A stretch of DNA of 64,000 nucleotides from the human T2T-CHM13v2.0 reference genome, Homo sapiens: NCBI RefSeq assembly GCF_009914755.1, contig NC_060929.1. One strand, written 5' to 3'. Under the pieces are notes generated by a model that did no database searches, was not told the origin of the DNA, and worked only from the letters and a program-made list of their open reading frames with translations. The translations under genes and the position numbers were made by a program. How positions within the stretch are numbered: position 1 is the first letter of the stretch; each line of letters begins with the position of its first letter. Positions 27,098 through 43,099 of this stretch are shown one piece after another.

Positions 27098-28779
27098 AAA
27101 ATTAGCAAGGACTCCAGAAAAAAATGATACTTTACTGGAATAAGTTTTTAGTACTTTAGGGGTTGTGATTTCCTTATCTTTTCTCTAGTTGTTAGTATAT
27201 AATATTTGTATTCTTTTGAAATTAAAATTTCAGTCTTTCTCTTGGACATAAGAATAAAAGGAAGGGAGACACCCCACACCACCATTTTTCTGTTTCCCCT
27301 CATAGGCTAGCTTGACTTTGAGTTTAAACCTCACTGCAGAAGGGGAGAAAACCAACAGCCTTTTGGGCACCAGCTGGTGGGATATCTATTATACTCTTTT
27401 TGAGAAAATGGATCCAAGCTCTTCGCGAAGCAGCTGTGCGATTGCTGGGAAGTGCCTAAAGAAGATCCCCATCCAACTCCAGGAGCCCCATGGATTTCCT
27501 TATCACCTCTGTGTGGTCAGCAGCCATGGTCCAGCCTACCTTCCCTAGTGCTGTGATCTGTCCACCACTACAGGCCCGACCCTCGTCTAATTGAATCTGT
27601 ACAGCAGAATAGACATAGCAAATGAGGGTTACTTCTTGAGTCAAATACATTTGATTGGGAAGAGCTGCCTGGAAAGTGTTAAGAATTATGAGACCACATT
27701 GGGACTTGATGGGAAACGGTGCAGCGACCCATAAACAACATCTGCCACGAATGTGAAAGATAAAAGTCGCTCCAGTGGCCAGCCTCTAGAAAGAAGAATC
27801 CTGGGTGAAGATTGATTGCATTGTCATTGTCTTAAAATGAATATGAGTCGTGGCTTTTAGTGTTTCGTTTTCTTCTATTTTTTTTCTCCTTTCAGAGAAA
27901 ATAAAACTAGCATGGTGATCTTCCTATTGAAGGAGGCATATTGAGAAACATCCTAATTCTAGACTAGCATTTACTTTTTATTTAGAAAGACTTATGCAAT
28001 GTGTATAAAATTACAAGATTTGTGAAGAGAGCAACAAAATAAAATGCTGTATCTCCTCCCTCCCCAAATTGAGAAACTAATATTATCTTCATTTTACCAA
28101 TGGGAAAGCTAATAGCAAAGAAAATAGCATCGTTATTAGAAAGGATGGCCACCAAGCCCTTTTTTTGTTTATTTAGCTGTGACACATTCATTCTTTTTTC
28201 CCTTTCTATTTTGAGAGCTCAGGATTGATGTCATTTAAAACAATACATGTCAAAATCTCAGATTAGATCTATTTGTATATTTACTCTGCTTTGTCGGCAA
28301 GTGTCAAGTATATGAATTAAGTAGATTACAAAAATGTTAAATGGCTTTTGTAAACGACAAATTAAAGTCACTTGTCATCCACTGTCAATTGTTTAAGTTT
28401 AAATTATGATACTTCCTCTTTATTTTTACTGAAACTTATTTAACGTTCTCTTAGGGAAGATACGATTGAACTATTAACAATGTTTTTTTTTAATAATAGA
28501 AACATGCTACATATCTGGGTTCAGAACTGCAAGTATGAGTATACATTGACCATTTTTTCCTTTCTTTATAAAAAATGAGAAACAGATTTTTTATTTCTTA
28601 TAAAAAATAAGAAATTGAAAATTATTTTCAATCAATTTTGAGTATGTTTGAATTAACATGATGCTTGAGAATATTTTAAAATTAGCTACAGTGTAAAAGA
28701 CTCCTTATGATCACCTATTTTCTCAATAAGGTTCAGAGTCCTTTTGCTTTTTATTTTTTTTCCTAGTAAATATTTTAAA

Positions 28780-29020
28780 GGAGAAAACATACTTAGTGAG
28801 TATTCATTATGTAACACTACTATATTGGGCACTTTACGTACATTGTCTCATTAATTCCCATAAAAAGTCTGTGTTCAAGGCATTATTATCCCCACTTTTT
28901 ATATTAAAAGTTGAAACTAAAAGAGATTAATAACGTGTTCATAGCAAATAGCCGGTAAATAGGAGAACAAGGATTTAAATACAGATTTACTTGAATCTGA
29001 AACCCATGGTTCATTTTGTA
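28780..29020 (-). mobile_element. MIR
   Basis: ggcactttacgtacattgtctcatt...attattatcccca...ggatttaaatacag. Confidence 0.6.
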
Positions 29021-29195
29021 ATTCTGTGCTGCCAATCTGTTAATGATCTGTCTCCCACAGAATTTTAGTATATGTGTTTTTATGTGTGCAGGTGTGTGTC
29101 TATACACACACACATATATTTTTATTCTACATATATTGTAGAATATAAGCTCTCTTTTATTAAACAAAATATATGTTACTGGCTTCATCCTAAAT

Positions 29196-29506
<311 letters not shown>

Positions 29507-29670
29507 CATCCTAAATCCTTGAATAACTTTTTCTTATATCTTCTAATGCATATGTAGAAAGACATGCTACTAATCTGAATTCTGGCAAGATATTCTTGGT
29601 CACTTGGCTGTTAAAAGATGCTTTGCAATGAAGAATTTTTTTTGTTGTTATTCTTGTCTAAATCTAAACT

Positions 29671-29872
29671 AGAGGTCAGCAAATTCTTTCTTAAAGAAGT
29701 GTCATATAATAAATATTTTTGACTTGTGAGCCATATAGGTTCTGTTTTGACTGTTGTAGTTAGAAAGCAGCTATAGATACTATGTAAATGAATGGCTTGG
29801 CTTTGTCTCAATGGAAAACTGTGTTTACTAGAAGAGGCAGCCAGCCCACAGGCTGAAGTTTCCCAGTCGCTG
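29671..29872 (+). mobile_element. MER58A-like hAT MITE
   Basis: agaggtcagcaaatt...aaatatttttgacttgtgagccata...gaaagcagctatagatactatgtaaatgaatgg. Confidence 0.7.
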
Positions 29873-30089
29873 ATAGAAACAATTGAATATGCCATTTAGG
29901 CTAATAAATGGATTTAACCTTTGGCATCTCATGAACAATGTCTTCTGACTTACAGAACAGAAAGAATAAAAATACCAATGCAAGGTTAACAGTGCTTTGA
30001 TCTTTGTTCCTTAGTTACCTATTCAGTTTTCATGAGTAAATGATTATAAACAAGAGTTCTCTTATTTGGAATATCGTATTTCAGAGCTC

Positions 30090-30520
30090 TCCACCTCACT
30101 AGATGGCAATTCCCGTGGTATAATTTCTCTCGGCCAAATACACTAGAGTCTTTATTTATGGTTCTTTTCTCCCTCAGAGCCTGTAAACAATATGCTAGTA
30201 AATTCTTTTCATCCTGTCTTCCAAATATCTTCCAAATTCCAGCCTTTTCTCACAACAGCCATCTTTTCAACTCTGGCCCAAGCACCATCCTCTCTTTCCT
30301 GGATTATTATAATATCCCTCCTAACTGACCTACCTTGTACCCGTGTACCCCTGCAATCTGTGCTCCACTCAGCAGCCACAAAGATTCTATTAAAACAGAA
30401 GTCAGAGCACATTGCTCTTCTACTAATACCATTGAAGAGTTTCCTGCACCACTCACATTTAAAGCCCGAGACTATATAGCTCCTTCCAAAGCCCTGCATC
30501 TTTCCTGGCCTCCTTTCCCA
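30090..30520 (-). mobile_element. L2 fragment
   Basis: ccaagcaccatcctctctttcctggattattataat...ccactcagcagccac. Confidence 0.65.
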
Positions 30521-30560
30521 CTTTTGTGTCTCTCATCCCTCATTTCTGTGTTATAAATAG

Positions 30561-31055
30561 TGTCATAGATAAACAAAGCTGGACACTCCTAAAGTGGTAG
30601 GGACAGATTTTAATCAACAATGGATTTTACAGAAGTAACTGGGCATTTTAAAGGGAGAATTAGGGAGTAGGAAAAAGTAGTATGTGGGGGCTCAGTAGAG
30701 TCAGGGAAGTAAAACATTACAAAAGGTTAGTTGGCGTAAACCCGATGGGGCCAGCTGTGTTTGCTAGCTGGAAATTACTGAAGCTATGATTCCATCCCGT
30801 CACAGAGACTGGAAGGCAAAGGCTCTATTCTCAGGTATTGGCTAGAGCAAACAGTAGATTTTTTTGGCAGCCTTGAGTCTTGTCTTCTCAAGCAAGCACT
30901 TTAAGCGGAGCTAGAGTCATCTTAGGGATATGGCATTGAGCTGTTAGAAACTGTTAGTGTTTGTTCAAGTCTTTGTAAGCCAAGGTGAAGGCCTAGTCAA
31001 GAAGAGGGCTTGGAGGAGCCTGGCTATGGTTTAGTCAAGGAGATAATATTTATCA
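30561..31055 (-). mobile_element. ERV1-class solo LTR, MER67/MER31-like
   Basis: Minus strand begins TGATAAATATTATCTCCTTGACTAAACCATAGCCAGGCTCCTCC and ends ...GACA (TG...CA termini). Confidence 0.65.
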
Positions 31056-31074
31056 GTCATTATAGATACAAAAC

Positions 31075-31255
31075 AAATCAGAACTCTGTCCCACCACTTG
31101 CTGGCTGCAAGACCTTAGGCAAGATACTTAAACTATAACTTTAGTTTTCTCATCTGTAAAATTGGGATAATAATAGTTCCTATCTGATAGGATTGCAGTT
31201 AAGTAAATTAATATGTGTAAAACACAGTAAATGCTCAGTAAATTTAGTTATTAAC
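31075..31255 (+). mobile_element. MIR
   Basis: gaccttaggcaag...agttttctcatctgtaaaattgggataataatag. Confidence 0.75.
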
Positions 31256-31760
31256 ATTTCTGCCCTGAACTGCATTACAATGGATTAGTTAAGAAATGTT
31301 AGCAAGTAGCTAATGCAAGGCCCTATATGATAAATACATTAGAATACTTGAAATAAAGAATTACAGAGGATCAACCTGGGAATAAAGAGAGTAATTGCAA
31401 CAATATTTTAGTCAGGACTGCAATCATAATTTTCTAGAGCACATTATGGAAACAGGTTAGAATCTACATTTCTCTCTTGCTTTATTTAGAAAATATTTAT
31501 GGAGGCAGCAGGATTTGAAGAATGTAGTTCAAGAGGTAGGGAGAGAGACTTGGAAACAAAAGTTTAGAATTCCTGTAAAGCTACCATTCTAGAAATACGG
31601 CTGTAAACAGATGAAGTATTCAGAACCTCAACTTTTATAATTTTGTCTTTAAAAGAAACTAGTAATTATTAAAGGTACAATTTGCTAAGAGAGAAAAATT
31701 TATACACTATAGTCATAAGATACCATCACTGTCAAACATTTAAAATAAAAATTCAAATTG

Positions 31761-32058
31761 GGCTGCATGCAGTGGCTCACACCTGTAATCAACACTTTGG
31801 GAGACTGAGGCAGGAGGATTGCATGAGGCCAGGAGTTTGAGACCAGCCTGGGCAACATGGAGAGATCCCCATCTCTACAAAAATTTAAAACAATTAGCTG
31901 GGCGTGGTGGTGTGTGTCTGTAGTCCTAGCTACTCAGGAGGCTGTGACAGGAGGCTCTTGAGCCCAGGGAGTTGAAGCTGCAGTGAACTATGATTGTCAC
32001 ACTGCATTCCAGCCTATATGACAGAGTGAGACCCTTTCTCAAAAAAAAAGAAAAAAAA
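31761..32058 (+). mobile_element. AluJ, full length
   Basis: ggattgcatgaggccaggagtttgagaccagcctgggcaaca. Confidence 0.93.
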
Positions 32059-32899
32059 TTCAGTGAAGTTGGTTAAAATCTCTATATATAATTATAAAGG
32101 AATAATCCCTCTATAATTATTAATACATAAATATCCCTCTGTAAGATATTTGGTGTATCAAATAGATCTCAAAAGGCAAATATATAATATTTGAATATTT
32201 CAGTCAATAGAATAATTTTATATATACAGTCATGTTCTTCATAATGATGTTTCAATCAAAGGGACTGAAGATTATAATGGAGCTGAAAAAGTCCTATCAC
32301 CTAGTGATGTAGCTTTCATAACTTCATCAGGAACATTTTTGTGGTGATGCTGCTGTTAACAAACTTGCTGTACTGCCAGTTATGTAACAGTATAGCACAT
32401 ACAATTCTGTATAGTACATAATACTTGATAATGAACGACTATGTTACTGGCTTATGTATTTACTATACTATACTTTTTATCATTATTTAGAGTGTACTAC
32501 TTCTACTTCTTAAAAAAAAAATAAAGGTTTATTTTAAAAGAGCCTCCAGCAGGTCCTTCAGGAGGTATTTGAGAAGAAGGCATTGTTGTAGGAGGTGACA
32601 GCTCCATGCATGTTATTGCCCCTGAACACCTTCCAGGAGGACAGGATGTGGAGGTGGAAGATAGTGCTATTAAATAATCTTGACCTGTGCAGGCCTAGGC
32701 TAAAGTGTGTGTTTGTGTCTTAGTTTTTAACAAAAATGTTTAAAGTAAAAAAAAAAATTAATAGAAAAATGCTTATAGAATAAAGACATAAAGAAAATAT
32801 CTTTATACACTATGTAATGTTTGTTTTTAAGCTAAATTTTATTATATGAGTCAAAAAGTTTAAAAATTAATAAGTTTATAAAGTAAAAAGTTATAGTAA

Positions 32900-33244
<345 letters not shown>

Positions 33245-33395
33245 AGAAAAATGCTTAAATAAATGTGTTGTGGCCTAATGTACAGTGTTTATAAAGTCTA
33301 CAGTAGTGTACAGTAATGTCCTAGGCCTTCACATTCACTCACCTACACACCCAGAGAAACTTCCAGTCCTTCAAGCTGCATTCATAGTAAGTACC

Positions 33396-33782
33396 TGAAA
33401 TGGTTTGGATTTGTGTCCCTGCCTAAGTCTCATGTCAAATTGTAATCCCCAATGTTGGAGGAGGGGCCTGGTGGGAGGTGATTGGATATGGGGTCATGGG
33501 GGCAGATTTCCCCCTTGTTGTTCCAGTGACAGTAAGTGGGTTCTCATGAAATTTAGTTGTTTAAAAGTGTGTAGTACCTCCCCCTTTGCTGTATTCTCCT
33601 TCTCTGGCCATGTAAGACGTGCCTACTCCCCTTTTGCCATCTGCCATGATTGTTTCCTGAGGTCTCCCCAGCCATGCTTCCTGTGCAGCCTGTAGAACTG
33701 TAAGCCAATTAAACCTCTTTTCTTTATAAATTACCTAGTCTCAGGTAGTTCTTTATTAGCAATGCGAGAATGGTGTAATACA
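33396..33782 (+). mobile_element. MSTA-like MaLR solo LTR
   Basis: tgaaatggtttggatttgtgtccc...aattaaacctctttt...taataca; 5-bp TSD GTACC/GTATC. Confidence 0.88.
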
Positions 33783-34011
33783 GTATCCTATATATACAAA
33801 TACCATTGTGTTACAATTGCTTCCGATATTTAGTGTAGTATCATGCTGTACAGGCTTACAGCCTAGAAGTAATAGTCCATACCATATAACCTAGGTGTGT
33901 AGTAGATTATATCATCTAGGTTTGTGTAAGTACACTCTGATGTTTGCACAATGACAGTACTGCCTGACACATTTCTCAGAACATATCCCCATTGTTAAGT
34001 GGCCTATGACT

Positions 34012-35687
<1,676 letters not shown>

Positions 35688-35704
35688 AAGTGTGATCCTA
35701 TCTT

Positions 35705-36063
35705 TTTTTTTTTTTCAATAGGTTTTGGGGGAACATGTGGTGTTTCTTTGGTTACGTGAATAAGTTTTTTAGTGGTGATTTCTGAGACTTACCTGCATCT
35801 ATCACCTGACCAGTGTACACTGTACCCAGTGTGTAGTCTTTTATCCCTCATCTCCTTCCCACCTTTTCTCCCAAAGTCCATTGTATCATTCTTATGCCTT
35901 TGCATCCTCATAGCTTAACTCCCAACTTATGAGTGAGAACATATGATGTTTGGTTTTCCATTCCTTAGTTACTTCACTTGGAATAAAGGTCTCCAGTTCC
36001 ATCCAGGTTGCTGTGAATGCCATTATTTCATTCCTTTTTGTGGCTGAGTAGTATTCCATCGTG

Positions 36064-36115
<52 letters not shown>

Positions 36116-37976
36116 CACATTTTCTTTATCCACTCATTGTTGGATGGGCATTTGGGCTGGTTCCATATTTTTGCAATTGCGAAGTGTTCAAGTATCTTTT
36201 TTTGTATAATGACTTCTTTTTCTCTGGGTAGCTACCCAGTAGTGGGATTGCTGGATCAAATGGTAGTTCTACTTTTAGTTCTTTAAGGAATCTACACACT
36301 GTTTTCCATAGTGGTTGTACTAGTTTACATTCCTACCAAGCAGTGTAAAAGTTTTCCCTTTTTTACCACATCCACACCAACATCTATTATTTTATAGATT
36401 TTTTTTATTGTGGCCATTCTTGCAGGAGTAAGGTGGTATCACATTGTGATATTGATTTGCATTTCCATGATTATTAGGGATGTTGAGCATTTTTTCATGT
36501 TTCTTGTCCATTTGTATATATTCTTTTGAGAATTGTCTATTCATGTCCTTAGCCACTTTTTGATGGGACTTTTTGTTTCTTTCTGATTTGTTTGAGTTCC
36601 TTGTAGATTCTGGAAATTAGTCCTTTGTCAAATGTATAGATTGTGAAGATTTTCTCCCACCCTGTGGGTTGTCTGTTTACTATGCTGATTACTTCTTTTG
36701 CTGTGCAGAAGCCTTTTAGTTTAATTAAGTCCCACCTATTTATCTTTGTTTTTGTTGCAGTTGCTTTTGGGTTCTTAGTCATAAAGTCTTTGCCTAAGCC
36801 AGTGTCTAGAAGGGTTTTTTCAATGTTATCTTCTAGAATTTTTATGGTTTCAGGTCTTAGATATAAGTCTTTGATCCATCTTGAGTTGATTTTTGTATAG
36901 GGTGAGAGATGAGGATCCAGTTTTGATCTTCTACATGTAGCTTGCTAATTATCCCAGCACCATTTGTTAAATAGGGTCCTTTCCCCACTTTATGTTTTTT
37001 TTTGCTTTGTCGAAGATCAGTTGACTATAAGTATTTGGGTTTATTTCTGGGTTCTGTATTTTGTTCCATTGGTCTATGTGCTTGTGTTTATAGTGGTACC
37101 ATGCTGTTTTGGTGAGTACGGCCTCATAGTATAGTTTGAAGTCAGGTAATGTAATGTCTCCAGATTTGTTCTTTTTGCATGGTCTTGTTTTGGCTATGTG
37201 GGTTCTTTTTTGGTTCCATATGAGTTTTAGGATTGTTTTTTTCTAGATCTGTGAGCAATGATAGTGGTATTTTGATGGGAATTGCATTGAATTTGTAAAT
37301 TGGCAGTATGGTCATTTTCACAATGTTGATTCTACCCATCCATGAGCATGGGCTGTGTTTCCATTTGTTTGTGTCACCTATGATTTCTTTCAGCAGTGTT
37401 TTGTAGTTTTACTTGTAGAGGTCTTTAACCTCCTTGGTTAAATATATTCCTAAGTATTTTATTTTTTTACAGCTATTGTAAAAGGGGTTGAGTCCTTGAT
37501 TTGATTCTCAGCTTGATCACTGTTGATGTATAGCAGAGCTACTGATTTGTGTACATTAATTTTGTATCCTGAAACTTTGCTGAATTCATTTACCAGGTCT
37601 AGGAACTTTTTGGATGAATCTTTAGGGTTTTCTAAGTATACGATCATTTCATCAGCAAACAGTGTCAGTTTGACTTCCTGATTAACGATGTGAATGCCCT
37701 TGATTTCTTTATTTTGTCTAATTGCTCTGATTAGGACTTCCAGCACTATGTTGAACAGAAGTGGTGAAAGTGGCCATCCTTGTTTTGTTCCAGTTCTCAA
37801 GGGTAATGTGTTCAACTTTTCCCCATTCAGTATAATGTTGGCTGTTGGTTTGTCATAAATGGCTTTTATTAATTTAAGATATGTCCCTTCTATGCCAATT
37901 ATGCTGAGGGTTTTAAATATAAAGGGATGTTGGATTTTGTCAGATGCTTTTTTGTGTCTCTTGAGATGATCATGTG
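35705..37976 (-). mobile_element. 5'-truncated L1PB (about 2.3 kb), decayed ORF2 RT/C-terminal region, 17-bp TSD
   Basis: ORF fragments [45 protein letters not shown]; TSD AAGTGTGATCCTATCTT at 35688-35704 and 38016-38032. Confidence 0.93.
36066..36112. repeat. (AT)n of about 23 units inside the L1PB
   Basis: Read directly. Confidence 0.95.
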
Positions 37977-40900
37977 TTAATCTTGCCTCCTATCTGCCAT
38001 TTTCCTTTTTTCTCTAAGTGTGATCCTATCTTAATAAAAATAAATAATAACAAAAATCCCAATATACATGTGTCTGTTTGGTTATATAGTTTTAAACTAG
38101 CAAGGAGTAAGTTATAAAGAGTCACATCAGCCTAAAAACACTGGTTCCCTTGGCGAGGTAGCAATGGAGGAATATAACAGAAAATTTGGGGAATATATGT
38201 TATTTTATCATTGAGAAGATCATCTATTATTTTATAGTTGTTAAAAATTAATAAAGAAAAAACAATATCACCAACAAAAAGGATACAGCTAGATATCATG
38301 TGTTTTGATATAACTCCCTACTTTTAAAAATCTCTAGAGGGATTTTCCATACAGAGCCTCTAATTGATAAATGTTTCATTCCTATTCCCCTGCTTTGCAC
38401 CGGTGCTATTAAAAGAGCCTGATTAATTAAAGAATTTAAGAAATTTGGTACACATTTGGAAACAAATAGATCCAGATTTGTAGAAGGTCATTCTTCTATT
38501 ATAGTCCGTCTGAAGATATTTGTGGAAGGCAACCATGCATATCTTTTCCACATTAGCAACAAAAGTGATTCTCTTTGCACTTATTAGCCACCAGAAAAAT
38601 TCTCTTTGTTTCACTTATTTTCAGATTTATGTAGTCTGAATTAATATTTCAATAACCCTCTTCAAGAAAAGCATTTGGAACTATTCCACATGAATGTTGC
38701 ATTCTTTAAGCAAAAGTGCAGAACATACTTTTTCAAGGCACAGATTGCTTTTCATAGATAATGTCTTCTCCTTAATCATGTATAAAGGGACGAATCTGAT
38801 GTACACATTAGAGAAATGGCTCTGTCTTAGCAGGCAAAAGTCACCTCATTCAACAAAGCTCACAGCACTTTTAAAGAGGAGGGTATATAAAAATAGCAAG
38901 TACATTTCTTTGTACAATGTGTCATACTCCCACCCTCAGCGAATCCAGTATTAAATGAAAACATTTGCCATGGCAACATCGATTTACAAAGGGCAAATGA
39001 TGTTTCTGAGAGATTGGAGTATTTCCTTTCATAGATTTCAGAAGCACACACAGTTAACACTTTAGCAACCTTGTTTAATAACTATATATATATATAACTA
39101 TAAAAGCTTTACTTGATTATTTTTAAGTATTGGAGATAAAATCCAAAACAAAACAACAAACTCCTAACAAAAACTGCCATCAAAGTAGATTCAAGCAGGA
39201 AAAAAATATCACTAGAACATTTTAGCCTTCACTATTTATGGGAATAACAATTATTTCATGTGGTAAGCTGTGCTAAATTAAATCTGTGAATGATCATTTT
39301 GCTATGAAAATGAAAATTCTGTTTATCTTACCATTTCTACAGTTGACGTTATCAGTTATAATATTTAGCCTCCTCATTTTGGACATCTTTAAAATATTTT
39401 ATCTATTTTTCATAAATGCTAAGGCAGAATTCACAGATTGCAGTTGTAGTTTCATCTATTTGACTCAGACTATGAAGGCAGACACAGTAGATGTAAGAAA
39501 GAAGATAGATTGGTAGCCTGAGTAAATGCAAGTATTGAAGAGGTGACCTTAGTGGGGTCAAACAAGTTTAGAAGTTAACAAATAGTCTCTATATTTTTTC
39601 TCAGCTTGTCATAACCACTCCATGATACAAAATGGAGAAAATTGTGGCCAGAGGTGAGGAAATTAAGTACCTGCCCTAAATAGTTTATAGTCAAGAGCAA
39701 AAAATTTGTCTTACTCATTTCTTTAACTCTGCCAGAGGTGAATACTGTTCTACTATCTAACCTTTATTTAATGGGCACAGTAAGCTGGGATCTAGAAGCT
39801 TATGGCTTCTGAGTGTAAGGGAACTTCTAGTCCTTCAGTCAATTATGGCAGGAGTCAGTTGAAATGAATAAGGTGTTTCATACAGTTACCGCCCACAGCA
39901 TTCACCAGTGAAGCAAACAAAAGCCAAATCTAGCACTGTTTTAATGTTTTCAAGTCTACTGTTGTTTGAAGACTGCAGGTTCTTTGGAAGACCTTGTATC
40001 ATTTATTTTCTCACTTGCCTCTTTCTTGAACATGCATTCCCCACGATTCAAAAATATCAATTGTCAAAAAGTTTATAAATGTATAAATCTGAGATAGTTT
40101 CCTTGCATTTGCAAAGCAAATCCTCCAGAAGATATTTATCATGGTTAAGAATTTATAGAGAATAGAGATTAGCAAACCTGTGATTTGCTGTCCTGTTTAC
40201 ATTTATTATGAAGGATAACATTAATTAAATTAAGAATGATCTCTTCATTGTGGAAGTCAGTTCCAGAAATTATTGAGAATGAGGTTTTTTTGCGAGATAA
40301 ATTCAAACCTTCTAGCAAATCCCAAAGATATTATAATGTACATATGAGTATTAATAGAGTTAATTCAGGCATATATAATATTTTTATAGTAATTTTGCGG
40401 AGTATTGAAATGTTAACAAGACTGAAATGATTTTCCACCCCTTCTTTTTTTTAAATACCAGTCTGCCACAACATTTTTCCTCTTAGGCTTTTATGTTGCC
40501 ATTGTTCTTTACATTCATTTTTCAGTATTTAAATATCTGTCACTGTAATGTTACAGAATACGTATTCTTTCTCTGTAAACCTACCTGACCCTCTCACAGT
40601 GATCTGATCTGAGCACCCTGTTGTATCACTCTTATAGAACCATTATATTGTCACTAATTATAGTGATTATTTTTTATGTTTTAAATATCTTGCACTAAAG
40701 GATCTCTGAAACCAATGACTGCATCTTACTCATCTTTGTGCATATTTTTGGTTAGTGTATACTCAAACTTAGCAAACATCACAGTCTGTATTTACAAGAA
40801 GCCAGCTTCTGTCTGTCCTGTGGGAAAGATATTGTTTGCACAGTATTCTGTATTGTGCCTTGCACATAGAAGGTACTCAGTGAGTATCTGTTGATTAACT

Positions 40901-41094
40901 GATCTCCCTTGAATCTACACCTAGTTATTTCTTCTGTTCTTCAATACAGGTAGGAAAGTAAGTTGGATGATGACCCATATAGTATCAAAAAGATTGTCTA
41001 TCTTGTTAGGACTATATTCTCAGTGCCTTGCAGAGTGCCAGGTACTTAGTAGACATTAAGAAATATTTGTTAGGGATTGATATTTAATGCTTAT

Positions 41095-41508
41095 TGCTAT
41101 GGCTTGGATGTGGTTTGTCCCCACCAGAACTCATGTTGAAAGTTGATTCCCAATGTGGCACTGTTGGGAGATGGGGATGTTTGGGCCGTGGAGGCAGATC
41201 TCTCATGAATAGATTAATGCCCTCACATGGGGGTGAGTGAGAATGGATTAGTTTTCAGGAGAATGCGTTGTTCGAAATTGTGCCTCCCTTTGTTTCTCTC
41301 TCTTGCCTCCTCTCTTACCATGTGATTTTGCACAAGCTTTTTCTCCATTCTGCTTTTATTCATGAGTTGAAGCAGCCTGAGGCCCTTACCAGATGCAGCT
41401 ACCGAATCTTGATCCTTCCAGCCACTAGAATCATGAGCCAACCTTTTTTCTTGGTAAACTACTCAGCCTCAGGTATTCTGTTATAGGAACACAAAATGGA
41501 CTAAGACA
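41095..41508 (+). mobile_element. MSTB-like MaLR solo LTR
   Basis: tgctatggcttggatgtggtttgtcccc...aatggactaagaca. Confidence 0.85.
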
Positions 41509-41749
41509 GTTGTGTTCTTCAGTCAAAGCACAGAGCACATTAGCAAGTAAAGCTTGATTAGGCAGTTAGACTTCAAAGAAATTTATAGTGTAGTAAATAT
41601 TTCATCTTCTTGGTTAACATGGTTGGAACCACATTAGACTATTTACCTCTTTAGTGGTCTAAATTCTAGGTGTATACAATTACTTTAATTTTTTTCCTTC
41701 AAAATGTCTTTCAAATTTTTCCCTTTTCCTCTCTGTTCCAGCTGCACTG

Positions 41750-42225
41750 GTTTCTTTGATTTCCTTGCACTTACTACATTTCCTCTCAAGTCTGTGCCCA
41801 TGTTGTCTTCTTGCTAAGTTTACTCTTCCCTCCCTGTTTAACCTGGTAAATACCTTCTCATCTTTCAGATCTCAGCCTGGGCATCACTTTCTCAAAGAAG
41901 CTTTTCCTGACCACCTCCAATTCCCCCTATTCCTCCTGTTCCCCGCATCCTCCACCTTTTAGAGTGCTATGGTAGCTCTCCTAGCACCCCATGCCTCTTT
42001 TTCAGGGTAACCTTCACAAATGCAGTTTCACATTTGTTAGCATCGTTATTCAATTCATGCCTATATTTCTTCACCAGACTGCAGACTATGGAGGGCAGGA
42101 AGCACATCAGGTTTTGCTCATCATTGTATCTCATCAGTCTATTCCAGTGTATGGCAGTAGCCGACTCAATATGTATTTCAGGGATAAACAGACATACGGG
42201 GCATATGGGTGGATGAATGGACGAA
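41750..42225 (-). mobile_element. L2 3' fragment
   Basis: ttctcatctttcagatctcagc...gaagcttttcctgaccac...agactgcagactatggagggcagg...ggatgaatgga. Confidence 0.65.
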
Positions 42226-43099
42226 TTTCCACTGCTACTCTCCAATTATAGACTTAATCCAGACAGCAACACTTCCTGGTCTGTTCCAGCTCCATTGCTT
42301 CCCCCTGCCCATTGTATCCTCCTTGCACATTCTCAGTTCCACCAGTGTGTCTCCTAAAGGACTGCACCTATAATTTCATGCCCCATACCCCTCTCATTCA
42401 GCATGACTAACATCACATTTAAACAGATCTAAATTCTAATTTAAATCAAATTAATATTCTCTAAATTAGACAAAATTCTCAAATCAAATCTAAATTCTCC
42501 TTATCTCCCAAGGCCTTTTATTATCTGGTTTTATTCAGTCTACTCAATTTCCTTTCTCAGAACTCCCTAAAATGTCACCTCTGTACCTAATAGTCCAGTT
42601 ACCAGACTGTCCCTGCCTCCACCACACTTACTCCCATCTCAGGGTTTGGTTCAGGCTGTATTTTCAGGTCCCCCAAGTGTCTTCCTCTTAACTTTGTTTA
42701 TCTGAATTCCTCCCTTCCTGTGTGAAAACTTAATGTCTCTTTTCTGAGCCTCTCTGATGCTGAGAGAAGTCTTGGTTACCTCCTTTTGTTTCCTTTTTTT
42801 TCTTTAAAATAATGCTTTTATTTAAAATACCCTTTTTACAAATATTAAAATTTTATTGAATTAATATGCTAAAATCACATGAACACTTGGCACCATTTGA
42901 AATGTAATCCTATCCATGGAATAGAATGCAAACATTAACTAAATGTAAAAGGGGGACAGATTTAGGACTTTAAGAACATGTTTTAAAATAAAAGTTTTTA
43001 ATAAATTTCAGTACTCCTTTTGTTTTTTGAGGTTTCCACTTTATAATTTTTAAAATACTAAGAACTGCCAAAGAGAAGTATAAAAACAGGGATGTATTT

